In this document: positions 26,501 to 38,700 of the stretch, piece after piece | Layout of the letters: the number at the start of each line of letters is the position of its first letter | How positions within the stretch are numbered: the first letter of the stretch is position 1 | Assembly: GCA_964016885.1 (NCBI GenBank) | Contig: OZ024740.1 | Span: 137,826,001 to 137,890,000 of the forward strand | Length of the DNA: 64,000 bases | From: Eledone cirrhosa | Taxonomy: Eukaryota | Direction of reading: 5' to 3' | Translations under genes and position numbers: made by a program | The notes under the pieces: generated by a model | Told to the model about the DNA's origin: nothing | What the model saw: only the letters and a program-made list of their open reading frames with translations | Databases searched by the model: none

Positions 26501-29500
26501 AATCTCCAATTCTCTCTTTCTATTATCACTTTTCTCTCAATCTCCAATTCTCTCTTTCTCTTATCACCTTTCCCCCAATCTCCAATTCTCTCTTTCTCTT
26601 ATCACTTTTCTCTCAATCTCCAATTCTCTCTTTCTCTTATGACTTTTCCCCCAATCTCCAATTCTCTCTTTCTGTTATCAATTTTCTCTGAATCTCCAAT
26701 TCTTTCTTTCTCTTATCACTTTTCTCTCAATCTCCAATTCTCTCTTTCTCTTATCACATTTCCCCCATCTCCAATTCTCTCTTTCTCTTATCACTTTTCT
26801 CTCAATCTCCAATTCTCTCTTTCTCTTATCACTTTTATCTCAATCTCCAATTCTCTCTTTCTCTTATCACGTTTCTCTCAATCTCCAATTCTCTCTTTCT
26901 CTTCTCACTTTTACCCCAATCTCCAATTCTCTCTTTCTCTTATCACTTTTCCTCCAATCTCCATTTCTCTCTTTGTCTTATCAATTTTCTCTCAATCTCC
27001 AATTCTTTCTTTATCTAATCACTTTTGCCCCAATCTCCAATTCTCTCTTTCTCTTATCACTTTTCTCTTAATCTCCAATTCACTCTTTCTCTTATCACTT
27101 TTCTCTCAATCTCCAATTCCCTCTTTCTCTTATCACTTTTCTTTTTCTCTCACTCTCCAATTCTCTCTTTCTCTTATCCCTTTTCTCTCAATCTCCAATT
27201 CTCTCTTTCTTTTCTCACTTTTCCCCCAATCTCCAATTCTCTCTTTCTCTTCACACTTTTCGCCCAATCTCCAATTCTCTGTTTCTCTTATCACCTTTCC
27301 CCCAATCTCCAATTCTCTCTTTCTCTTATCCCTTTTCTCTCAATCTCCAATTCTCTCTTTCTTTTCTCACTTTTCCCCCAATCTCCAATTCTGTATTTCT
27401 CTACACACAAATCCCCTAATCTCCAATTCTCTCTTTCACTTATCAATTTTCTCTCAATCTCCGATTCTTTCTTTCTCTTATCACTTTTCTCTCAATCTCC
27501 AATTCTCTCAATCTCTTATAACTTTTCTCTCAATCTCCAATTCCCTCTTTCTCTTATCACATTTCTCTCAATCTGTAATTCTCTCTTTCTCTTATCACTT
27601 TTCTCTCAATCTCCAATTCCCTCTTTCTCTTATCACTTTTCTCTCAATCTCCAATTCTCTCTTTCTCTTATCACTTTTCCCCCAATCTCCAATTCTCTCT
27701 TTCTATTATCACTTTTCTCTCAATCTCCAATTCTCTCTTTCACTTATCAATTTTCTCTCAATCTCCAATTCTCTCTTTCTCTTATCACTTTTCTCTCAAT
27801 CTCCTATTCTCTCAATCTCTTATCACTTTTCTCTCAATCTCCAATTCCCTCTTTCTCTTATCACTTTTCTCTCAATCTCTAATTCTCTCTTTCTCTTATC
27901 ACTTTTCTCTCAATGTCCAATTCTCTCTTTCTCTTATCCCTTTCCTCTCAATCTCCAATTCTCTCTTTCTTTTCTCACTTTTCCCCCAATCTCCAATTCT
28001 GTATTTCTCTACACACAAATCCCCTAATCTCCAATTCTCTCTTTCACTTATCAATTTTCTCTCAATCTCCAATTCTCTCTTTATCTTATGACTTTTTTCC
28101 CAATCTCCAATTCTCTCAATCTCTTATCACTTTTCTCTCAATCTCCAATTCCCTCTTTCTCTTATCACTTTTCTCTCAATCTCCAATTCTCTCTTTCTCT
28201 TATCACTTTTCCCCCAATCTCCAATTCTCTCTTTCTATTATCACTTTTCTCTCAATCTCCAATTCTCTCTTTCTCTTATCACCTTTCCCCCAATCTCCAA
28301 TTCTCTCTTTCTCTTATCACTTTTCTCTCAATCTCCAATTCTCTCTTTATCTTATCACTTTTCCCCCAATCTCCAATCCTCTCTTTCTGTTATCAATTTT
28401 CTCTCAATCTCCAATTCTTTCTTTCTCTTATCACTTTTCTCTCAATCTCCAATTCTCTCTTTCTCTTATCACTTTTATCTCAATCTCCAATTCGCTCTTT
28501 CTCATATCACTTTTCTCTCAATCTCCAATTCTCTCTTTCTCTTCTCACTTTTACCCCAATCTCCAATTCTCTCTTTCTCTTATCACTTTTCCTCCAATCT
28601 CCAATTCTCTCTTTCTCTTATCAATTTTCTCTCAATCTCCAATTCTTTCTTTATCTAATCACTTTTCCCCCAATCTCCAATTCTCTCTTTCTCTTATCAC
28701 TTTTCTCTTAATCTCCAATTCCCTCTTTCTCTTATCACTTTTCTTTTTCTCTCACTCTCCAATTCTCTCTTTCTCTTATGTCTTTTCCCCCAATCTCCAA
28801 TTCTCTCTTTCTCTTATCCCTTTTCTCTCAATCTCCAATTCTCTCTTTCTTTTCTCACTTTTCCCCCAATCTCCAATTCTCTCTTTCTCTTCACACTTTT
28901 CCCCCCAATCTCCAATTCTCTCTTTCTCTTATTACCTTTCCCCCAATCTCCAATTCTCTCTTTCTCTTATCCCTTTTCTCTCAATCTCCAATTCTCTCTT
29001 TCTTTTCTCACTTTTCCCCCAATCTCCAATTCTGTATTTCTCTACACACAAATCCCCTAATCTCCAATTCTCTCTTTCACTTATCAATTTTCTCTCAATC
29101 TCCAATTCTCTCTTTCTCTTATCACTTTTCTCTCAATCTCCAATTCTCTCAATCTCTTATCACTTTTCTCTCAATCTCCAATTCCCTCTTTCTCTTATCA
29201 CTTTTCTCTCAATCTCTAATTCTCTCTTTCTCTTATCACTTTTCTCTCAATGTCCAATTCTCTCTTTCTCTTATCCCTTTCCTCTCAATCTCCAATTCTC
29301 TCTTTCTTTTCTCACTTTTCCCCCAATCTCCAATTCTGTATTTCTCTACACACAAATCCCCTAATCTCCAATTCTCTCTTTCACTTATCAATTTTCTCTC
29401 AATCTCCAATTCTCTCTTTCTCTTATGACTTTTTTCCCAATCTCCAATTCTCTCAATCTCTTCTCACTTTTCTCTCAATCTCCAATTCCCTCTTTCTCTT

Positions 29501-30600
29501 ATCACTTTTCTCTCAATCTCTAATTCTCTCTTTCTCTTATCACTTTTCTCTCAATCTCCAATTCTCTCTTTCTCTTATCACTTTTCTCTCAATCTCCAAT
29601 CCTCTCTTTCTGTTCTCAGTTTACTCCCAATCTCCAATTCTCTCTTTCTCTTGTCACTTTTCTCTCAATCTCCAATTCTCTCTTTCTCTTATCACTTTTC
29701 CCCCAATCTCCAATTCTCTCTTTCTATTATCACTTTTCTCTCAATCTCCAATTCTCTCTTTCTCTTATCACCTTTCCCCCAATCTCCAATTCTCTCTTTC
29801 TCTTATCACTTTTCTCTCAATCTCCAATTCTCTCTTTCTCTTATGACTTTTCCCCCAATCTCCAATTCTCTCTTTCTGTTATCAATTTTCTCTCAATCTC
29901 CAATTCTTTCTTTCTCTTATCACTTTTCTCTCAATCTCCAATTCTCTCTTTCTCTTATCACATTTCCCCCATCTCCAATTCTCTCTTTCTCTTATCACTT
30001 TTCTCTCAATCTCCAATTCTCTCTTTCTCTTATCACTTTTATCTCAATCTCCAATTCTCTCTTTCTCTTATCACGTTTCTCTCAATCTCCAATTCTCTCT
30101 TTCTCTTCTCACTTTTACCCCAATCTCCAATTCTCTCTTTCTCTTATCACTTTTCCTCCAATCTCCATTTCTCTCTTTGTCTTATCAATTTTCTCTCAAT
30201 CTCCAATTCTCTCTTTCTCTTATCACCTTTCCCCCAATCTCCAATTCTCTCTTTCTCTTATCACTTTTCTCTCAATCTCCAATTCTCTCTTTCTCTTATG
30301 ACTTTTCCCCCAATCTCCAATTCTCTCTTTCTGTTATCAATTTTCTCTGAATCTCCAATTCTTTCTTTCTCTTATCACTTTTCTCTCAATCTCCAATTCT
30401 CTCTTTCTCTTATCACATTTCCCCCATCTCCAATTCTCTCTTTCTCTTATCACTTTTCTCTCAATCTCCAATTCTCTCTTTCTCTTATCACTTTTATCTC
30501 AATCTCCAATTCTCTCTTTCTCTTATCACGTTTCTCTCAATCTCCAATTCTCTCTTTCTCTTCTCACTTTTACCCCAATCTCCAATTCTCTCTTTCTCTT
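17600..30600. repeat. Domain 2: mosaic of dispersed block duplications (offsets 5099, 4468, 3204, 1258, 461 bp)
   Basis: CCAAACTCC is at 18192/23291 (5099). ORF pairs give the other offsets: 24310/28778 and 24782/29250 (4468), 26447/29651 (3204), 25767/27025 (1258), 25306/25767 (461). Shared markers are CTGTATTTC, CAATGTCC and the 44-bp monomer. Confidence 0.85.
18200..21720. repeat. 1563-bp (41-monomer) higher-order tandem repeat, ~2.3 copies
   Basis: CTGTATTTCTCTACACAC occurs at 18281, 19844 and 21407. ORF ends at 19568/21131 and ORF starts at 19758/21321 are also 1563 bp apart. Confidence 0.9.
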
Positions 30601-30999
30601 ATCACTTTTCTCTCAATCTCCAATTCCCTCTTTCTCTTATCACTTTTCTCTCAATCTCTAATTATCTCTTTCTCTTATCACTTTTCTCTCAATCTCTAAT
30701 TCTCTCTTTCTCTTATCACTTTTCTCTCAATCCCCAATTCAATCTTACTCTTATCACTTTCCCCCCCAATCTCCAATTCTCTCTTTCTCTTATCACTTTT
30801 CTCTCACTCTCCAATTCTCTCTTTCTCTTATGACTTTTCCCCCAATCTCCAATTCTCTCTTTCTATTATCCCTTTTCTCTCAATCTCCAATTCTCTCTTT
30901 CTTTTCTCACTTTTCCCCCAATCTCCAATTCTCTCTTTCTCTTATCACTTTTCCCCCAATCTCCAATTCTCTCTTTCTCTTATCCCTTTTCTCTCAATC

Positions 31000-33900
31000 T
31001 CCAATTCTCTCTTTCTTTTCTCACTTTTCCCCCAATCTCCAATTCTCTATTTCTCTACACACAAATCCCCTAATCTCCAATTCTCTCTTTCACTTATCAA
31101 TTTTCTCTCAATCTCCAATTCTCTCTTTCTCTTATCACTTTTCTCTCAATCTCCAATTCTCTCAATCTCTTATCACTTTTCTCTCAATCTCCAATTCCCT
31201 CTTTCTCTTAGCACTTTTCTCTCAATCTCTAATTCTCTCTTTCTCTTATCACTTTTCTCTCAATCTCCAATTCTCTCTTTCTCTTATCACTTTTCCGCCA
31301 AGCTCCAATTCTCTCTTTCTCTTATCAATTTTCTCTCAATCTCCAATTCTTTCTTTATCTAATCACTTTTCCCCCAATCTCCAATTCTCTCTTTCTCTTA
31401 TCACTTTTCTCTCAATCTCCAATTCTCCTTTTCACTTATCACTTTTTTCTCAATCTCCAATTCTCTCTTTCTCTTATCACTTTTCTCTCAATCTCCAATT
31501 CTCTCTTTCTCTTATCACCTTTCCCCCAATCTCCAATTCTCTCTTTCTCTTATCACTTTTCTCTCAATCTCCAATTCTCTCTTTCTCTTATCACTTTTCT
31601 CTCAATCTCCAATTCTCTCTTTCTCTTATCACTTTTCCCCCCAATCTCCAATTCTCTCTTTCTGTTATCACTTTTCTCTCACTCTCCAATTCTCTTTTTC
31701 TCTTATGACTTTTCCCCCAATCTCCAATTCTCTCTTTCTCTTATCCCTTTTCTCTCAATCTCCAACTCTCTCTTTCTTTTCTCACTTTTCCCCCAATCTC
31801 CAATTCTCTCTTTCTCTTCACACTTTTCCCCCAATCTCCAATTCTCTCTTTCTCTTATCACTTTTCCCCCAATCTCCAATTCTCTCTTTCTCTTATCCCT
31901 TTTCTCTCAATCTCCAATTCTCTCATTCTTTTCTCACTTTTCCCCCCATCTCCAATTCTCTCTTTCTCTTATCACTTTTCTCTCAATCTCCAATTCTCTC
32001 TTTCTCTTATCACTTTTCTCTCAATCTCCAATTCTCTCTTTCTCTTATCACTTTTCCCCCCAATCTCCAATTCTCTCTTTCTCTCATCACTTTTCTCTCA
32101 ATCTCCAATTCTCTCTTTCTCTTATCACTTTTCTCTCACTCTCCAATTCTCTTTTTCTCTTATGACTTTTCCCCCAATCTCCAATTCTCTCTTTCTCTTA
32201 TCCCTTTTCTCTCAATCTCCAACTCTCTCTTTCTTTTCTCACTTTTCCCCCAATCTCCAATTCTCTCTTCCTCTTCACACTTTTCCCCCAATCTCCAATT
32301 CTCTCTTTCTCTTATCACTTTTCCCCCAATCTCCAATTCTCTCTTTCTCTTATCCCTTTTCTCTCAATCTCCAATTCTCTCATTCTTTTCTCACTTTTCC
32401 CCCAATCTCCAATTCTCTATTTCTCTACACACAAATCCCCTAATCTCCAATTCTCTCAATCTCTTATCACTTTTCTCTCAATCTCCAATTCCCTCTTTCT
32501 CTTATTACTTTTCTCTCAATCTCTAATTCTCTCTTTCTCTTATCACTTTTCTCTCAATCTGCAATTCTCTCTTGCTCTTATCACTTTTCCCCCAATCTCC
32601 AATTCTCTCTTTCTCTTATCACTTTTCTCTCACTCTCCAATTCTCTCTTTCTCTTATGACTTTTCCCCCAATCTCCAATTCTCTCTTTCTCTTATCAATT
32701 TTCTCTCTATCTCCAATTCTTTCTTTCTCTAATCACTTTTCCCCCAATCTCCAATTCTCTCTTTCTCTTATCACTTTTCTCTCAATCTCCAATTCTCCTT
32801 TTCACTTATCACTTTTTTCTCAATCTCCAATTCTCTCTTTCTCTTATCACTTTTCTCTCAATCTCCAATTCTCTCTTTCTCTTATCACTTTTCCCCCAAT
32901 CTCCAATTCTCTCTTTCTCTCATCACTTTTCGCTCAATCTCCAATTCGCTCTTTCTCTCCTCACTTTTCTCTGAATCTCCAATTCTCTCTTTATCTTCTC
33001 ACTTTTCTCTCAATCTCCAATCCTCTCTTTCTGTTCTCAGTTTACTCCCAATCTCCAATTCTCTCTTTCTCTTATCACTTTTCTCTCAATCTCCAATTCT
33101 CTCTTTCTCTTATCACTTTTCCCCCAATCTCCAATTCTCTCTTTCTATTATCACTTTTCTCTCAATCTGCAATTCTCTCCTTCTCTTATCACCTTTCCCC
33201 CAATCTCCAATTCTCTCTTTATCTTATCACTTTTCTCTCAATCTCCAATTCTCTCTTACTCTTCTCACTTTTCCCCCGATCTCCAATTCGCTCTTTCTCT
33301 TCTCACTTTTCCCCTAATCTCCAATTCTCTCTTTCTCTCATCACTTTTCTCTCAATCTCCAATTCTCTCTTTCTTTTCTCACTTTTCCCCCAATCTCCAA
33401 TTCTCTATTTCTCTACACACAAATCCCCTAATCTCCAATTCTCTCTTTCACTTATCAATTTTCTCTCAATCTCCAATTCTCTCTTTCTCTTATCACTTTT
33501 CTCTCAATCTCCAATTCTCTCAATCTCTTATCACTTTTCTCTCAATCTCCAATTCCCTCTTTCTCTTAGCACTTTTCTCTCAATCTCTAATTCTCTCTTT
33601 CTCTTATCACTTTTCTCTCAATCTCCAATTCTCTCTTTCTCTTATCACTTTTCCGCCAAGCTCCAATTCTCTCTTTCTCTTATCAATTTTCTCTCAATCT
33701 CCAATTCTTTCTTTATCTAATCACTTTTCCCCCAATCTCCAATTCTCTCTTTCTCTTATCACTTTTCTCTCAATCTCCAATTCTCCTTTTCACTTATCAC
33801 TTTTTTCTCAATCTCCAATTCTCTCTTTCTCTTATCACTTTTCTCTCAATCTCCAATTCTCTCTTTCTCTTATCACCTTTCCCCCAATCTCCAATTCTCT

Positions 33901-35720
33901 CTTTCTCTTATCACTTTTCTCTCAATCTCCAATTCTCTCTTTCTCTTATCACTTTTCTCTCAATCTCCAATTCTCTCTTTCTCTTATCACTTTTCCCCCC
34001 AATCTCCAATTCTCTCTTTCTGTTATCACTTTTCTCTCACTCTCCAATTCTCTTTTTCTCTTATGACTTTTCCCCCAATCTCCAATTCTCTCTTTCTCTT
34101 ATCCCTTTTCTCTCAATCTCCAACTCTCTCTTTCTTTTCTCACTTTTCCCCCAATCTCCAATTCTCTCTTTCTCTTCACACTTTTCCCCCAATCTCCAAT
34201 TCTCTCTTTCTCTTATCACTTTTCCCCCAATCTCCAATTCTCTCTTTCTCTTATCCCTTTTCTCTCAATCTCCAATTCTCTCATTCTTTTCTCACTTTTC
34301 CCCCCATCTCCAATTCTCTCTTTCTCTTATCACTTTTCTCTCAATCTCCAATTCTCTCTTTCTCTTATCACTTTTCTCTCAATCTCCAATTCTCTCTTTC
34401 TCTTATCACTTTTCCCCCCAATCTCCAATTCTCTCTTTCTCTCATCACTTTTCTCTCAATCTCCAATTCTCTCTTTCTCTTATCACTTTTCTCTCACTCT
34501 CCAATTCTCTTTTTCTCTTATGACTTTTCCCCCAATCTCCAATTCTCTCTTTCTCTTATCCCTTTTCTCTCAATCTCCAACTCTCTCTTTTTTTTCTCAC
34601 TTTTCCCCCAATCTCCAATTCTCTCTTCCTCTTCACACTTTTCCCCCAATCTCCAATTCTCTCTTTCTCTTATCACTTTTCCCCCAATCTCCAATTCTCT
34701 CTTTCTCTTATCCCTTTTCTCTCAATCTCCAATTCTCTCATTCTTTTCTCACTTTTCCCCCAATCTCCAATTCTCTATTTCTCTACACACAAATCCCCTA
34801 ATCTCCAATTCTCTCAATCTCTTATCACTTTTCTCTCAATCTCCAATTCCCTCTTTCTCTTATTACTTTTCTCTCAATCTCTAATTCTCTCTTTCTCTTA
34901 TCACTTTTCTCTCAATCTGCAATTCTCTCTTGCTCTTATCACTTTTCCCCCAATCTCCAATTCTCTCTTTCTCTTATCACTTTTCTCTCACTCTCCAATT
35001 CTCTCTTTCTCTTATGACTTTTCCCCCAATCTCCAATTCTCTCTTTCTCTTATCAATTTTCTCTCTATCTCCAATTCTTTCTTTCTCTAATCACTTTTCC
35101 CCCAATCTCCAATTCTCTCTTTCTCTTATCACTTTTCTCTCAATCTCCAATTCTCCTTTTCACTTATCACTTTTTTCTCAATCTCCAATTCTCTCTTTCT
35201 CTTATCACTTTTCTCTCAATCTCCAATTCTCTCTTTCTCTTATCACTTTTCCCCCAATCTCCAATTCTCTCTTTCTCTCATCACTTTTCGCTCAATCTCC
35301 AATTCGCTCTTTCTCTCCTCACTTTTCTCTGAATCTCCAATTCTCTCTTTATCTTCTCACTTTTCTCTCAATCTCCAATCCTCTCTTTCTGTTCTCAGTT
35401 TACTCCCAATCTCCAATTCTCTCTTTCTCTTATCACTTTTCTCTCAATCTCCAATTCTCTCTTTCTCTTATCACTTTTCCCCCAATCTCCAATTCTCTCT
35501 TTCTATTATCACTTTTCTCTCAATCTGCAATTCTCTCCTTCTCTTATCACCTTTCCCCCAATCTCCAATTCTCTCTTTATCTTATCACTTTTCTCTCAAT
35601 CTCCAATTCTCTCTTACTCTTCTCACTTTTCCCCCGATCTCCAATTCGCTCTTTCTCTTCTCACTTTTCCCCTAATCTCCAATTCTCTCTTTCTCTCATC
35701 ACTTTTCTCTCAATCTCCAA
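31000..35720. repeat. 2358-bp (62-monomer) tandem duplication, two copies
   Basis: ORF pairs 31705/34063, 32162/34520 and 32572/34930 are all offset by 2358 with near-identical translations. The rare variant CTCTTGCTCTTA occurs in both copies. Confidence 0.92.
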
Positions 35721-38700
35721 TTCTCTCTTTCTCTTATCACTTTTCTCTCAATCTCCAATTCTCTCTTTCTCTTATCACATTTCCCCCATCTCCAATTCTC
35801 TCTTTCTCAAATCACTTTTTCTCTCAATCTCCTATTCTCTCTTTCTCTTATCACTTTTCTCTCAATCTCCAATTCCCTCTTTCTCTTATCACTTTTCTCT
35901 CAATCTCTAATTATCTCTTTCTCTTATCACTTTTCTCTCAATCTCTAATTCTCTCTTTCTCTTATCACTTTTCTCTCAATCTCCAATTCAATCTTACTCT
36001 TATCACTTTTCCCCCCAATCTCCAATTCTCTCTTTCTCTTATCACTTTTCTCTCACTCTCCAATTCTCTCTTACTCTTATCACTTTTTCTCTCAATCTCC
36101 TATTCTCTCTTTCTCTTATCACTTTTCTCTCAATCTCCAATTCCCTCTTTCTCTTATCACTTTTCTCTCAATCTCTAATTATCTCTTTCTCTTATCACTT
36201 TTCTCTCAATCTCTAATTCTCTCTTTCTCTTATCACTTTTCTCTCAATCTCCAATTCAATCTTACTCTTATCACTTTTCCCCCCAATCTCCAATTCTCTC
36301 TTTCTCTTATCACTTTTCTCTCAATCTCCAATTCCCTCTTTCTCTTATCACTTTTCTCTCAATCTCTAATTATCTCTTTCTCTTATCACTTTTCTCTCAA
36401 TCTCTAATTCTCTCTTTCTCTTATCACTTTTCTCTCAATCTCCAATTCAATCTTACTCTTATCACTTCTCCCCCCAATCTCCAATTCTCTCAATCTCTTA
36501 TCACTTTTCTCTCAATCTCCAATTCCCTCTTTCTCTTATCACTTTTCTCTCAATCTCTAATTCTCTCTTTCTCTTATCACTTTTCTCTCAATCTCCAATT
36601 CTCTCTTTCTCTTATCACTTTTCTCTCAATCTCCAATCCTCTCTTTCTGTTCTCAGTTTACTCCCAATCTCCAATTCTCTCTTTCTCTTGTCACTTTTCT
36701 CTCAATCTCCAATTCTCTCTTTCTCTTATCACTTTTCCCCCAATCTCCAATTCTCTCTTTCTATTATCACTTTTCTCTCAATCTCCAATTCTCTCTTTCT
36801 CTTATCACCTTTCCCCCAATCTCCAATTCTCTCTTTCTCTTATCACTTTTCTCTCAATCTCCAATTCTCTCTTTCTCTTATGACTTTTCCCCCAATCTCC
36901 AATTCTCTCTTTCTGTTATCAATTTTCTCTGAATCTCCAATTCTTTCTTTCTCTTATCACTTTTCTCTCAATCTCCAATTCTCTCTTTCTCTTATCACAT
37001 TTCCCCCATCTCCAATTCTCTCTTTCTCTTATCACTTTTCTCTCAATCTCCAATTCTCTCTTTCTCTTATCACTTTTATCTCAATCTCCAATTCTCTCTT
37101 TCTCTTATCACTTTTCTCTCAATCTCCAATTCTCTCTTTCTCTTCTCACTTTTACCCCAATCTCCAATTCTCTCTTTCTCTTATCACTTTTCCTCCAATC
37201 TCCAATTCTCTCTTTCTCTTATCAATTTTCTCTCAATCTCCAATTCTTTCTTTATCTAATCACTTTTGCCCCAATCTCCAATTCTCTCTTTCTCTTATCA
37301 CTTTTCTCTTAATCTCCAATTCACTCTTTCTCTTATCACTTTTCTCTCAATCTCCAATTCCCTCTTTCTCTTATCACTTTTCTTTTTCTCTCACTCTCCA
37401 ATTCTCTCTTTCTCTTATCCCTTTTCTCTCAATCTCCGATTCTCTCTTTCTTTTCTCACTTTTCCCCCAATCTCCAATTCTCTCTTTCTCTTCACACTTT
37501 TCGCCCAATCTCCAATTCTCTCTTTCTCTTATCACCTTTCCCCCAATCTCCAATTCTCTCTTTCTCTTATCCCTTTTCTCTCAATCTCCAATTCTCTCTT
37601 TCTTTTCTCACTTTTCCCCCAATCTCCAATTCTGTATTTCTCTACACACAAATCCCCTAATCTCCAATTCTCTCTTTCACTTATCAATTTTCTCTCAATC
37701 TCCGATTCTCTCTTTCTCTTATCACTTTTCTCTCAATCTCCAATTCTCTCAATCTCTTATCACTTTTCTCTCAATCTCCAATTCCCTCTTTCTCTTATCA
37801 CATTTCTCTCAATCTGTAATTCTCTCTTTCTCTTATCACTTTTCTCTCAATCTCCAATTCGCTCTTTCTCTTATCACTTTTCTCTCAATCTCCAATTCAA
37901 TCTTACTCTTATCACTTTTCCCCCCAATCTCCAATTCTCTCTTTCTCTTATCACTTTTCTCTCACTCTCCAATTCTCTCTTTCTCTTATGACTTTTCCCC
38001 CAATCTCCAATTCTCTCTTTCTCTTATCCCTTTTCTCTCAATCTCCAATTCTCTCTTTCTTTTCTCACTTTTCCCCCAATCTCCAATTCTCTCTTTCTCT
38101 TATCAATTTTCCCCCAATCTCCAATTCTCTCTTTCTCTTATCCCTTTTCTCTCAATCTCCAATTCTCTCTTTCTTTTCTCACTTTTCCCCCAATCTCCAA
38201 TTCTCTATTTCTCTACACACAAATCCCCTAATCTCCAATTCTCTCTTTCACTTATCAATTTTCTCTCAATCTCCAATTCTCTCTTTCTCTTATCACTTTT
38301 CTCTCAATCTCCAATTCTCTCAATCTCTTATCACTTTTCTCTCAATCTCCAATTCCCTCTTTCTCTTAGCACTTTTCTCTCAATCTCTAATTCTCTCTTT
38401 CGCTTATCACTTTTCTCTCAATCTCCAATTCTCTCTTTCTCTTATCACTTTTCTCTCAATCTCCAATCCTCTCTTTCTGTTCTCAGTTTACTCCCAATCT
38501 CCAATTCTCTCTTTCTCTTGTCACTTTTCTCTCAATCTCCAATTCTCTCTTTCTCTTATCACTTTTCCCCCAATCTCCAATTCTCTCTTTCTATTATCAC
38601 TTTTCTCTCAATCTCCAATTCTCTCTTTCTCTTATCACCTTTCCCCCAATCTCCAATTCTCTCTTTCTCTTATCACTTTTCTCTCAATCTCCAATTCTCT

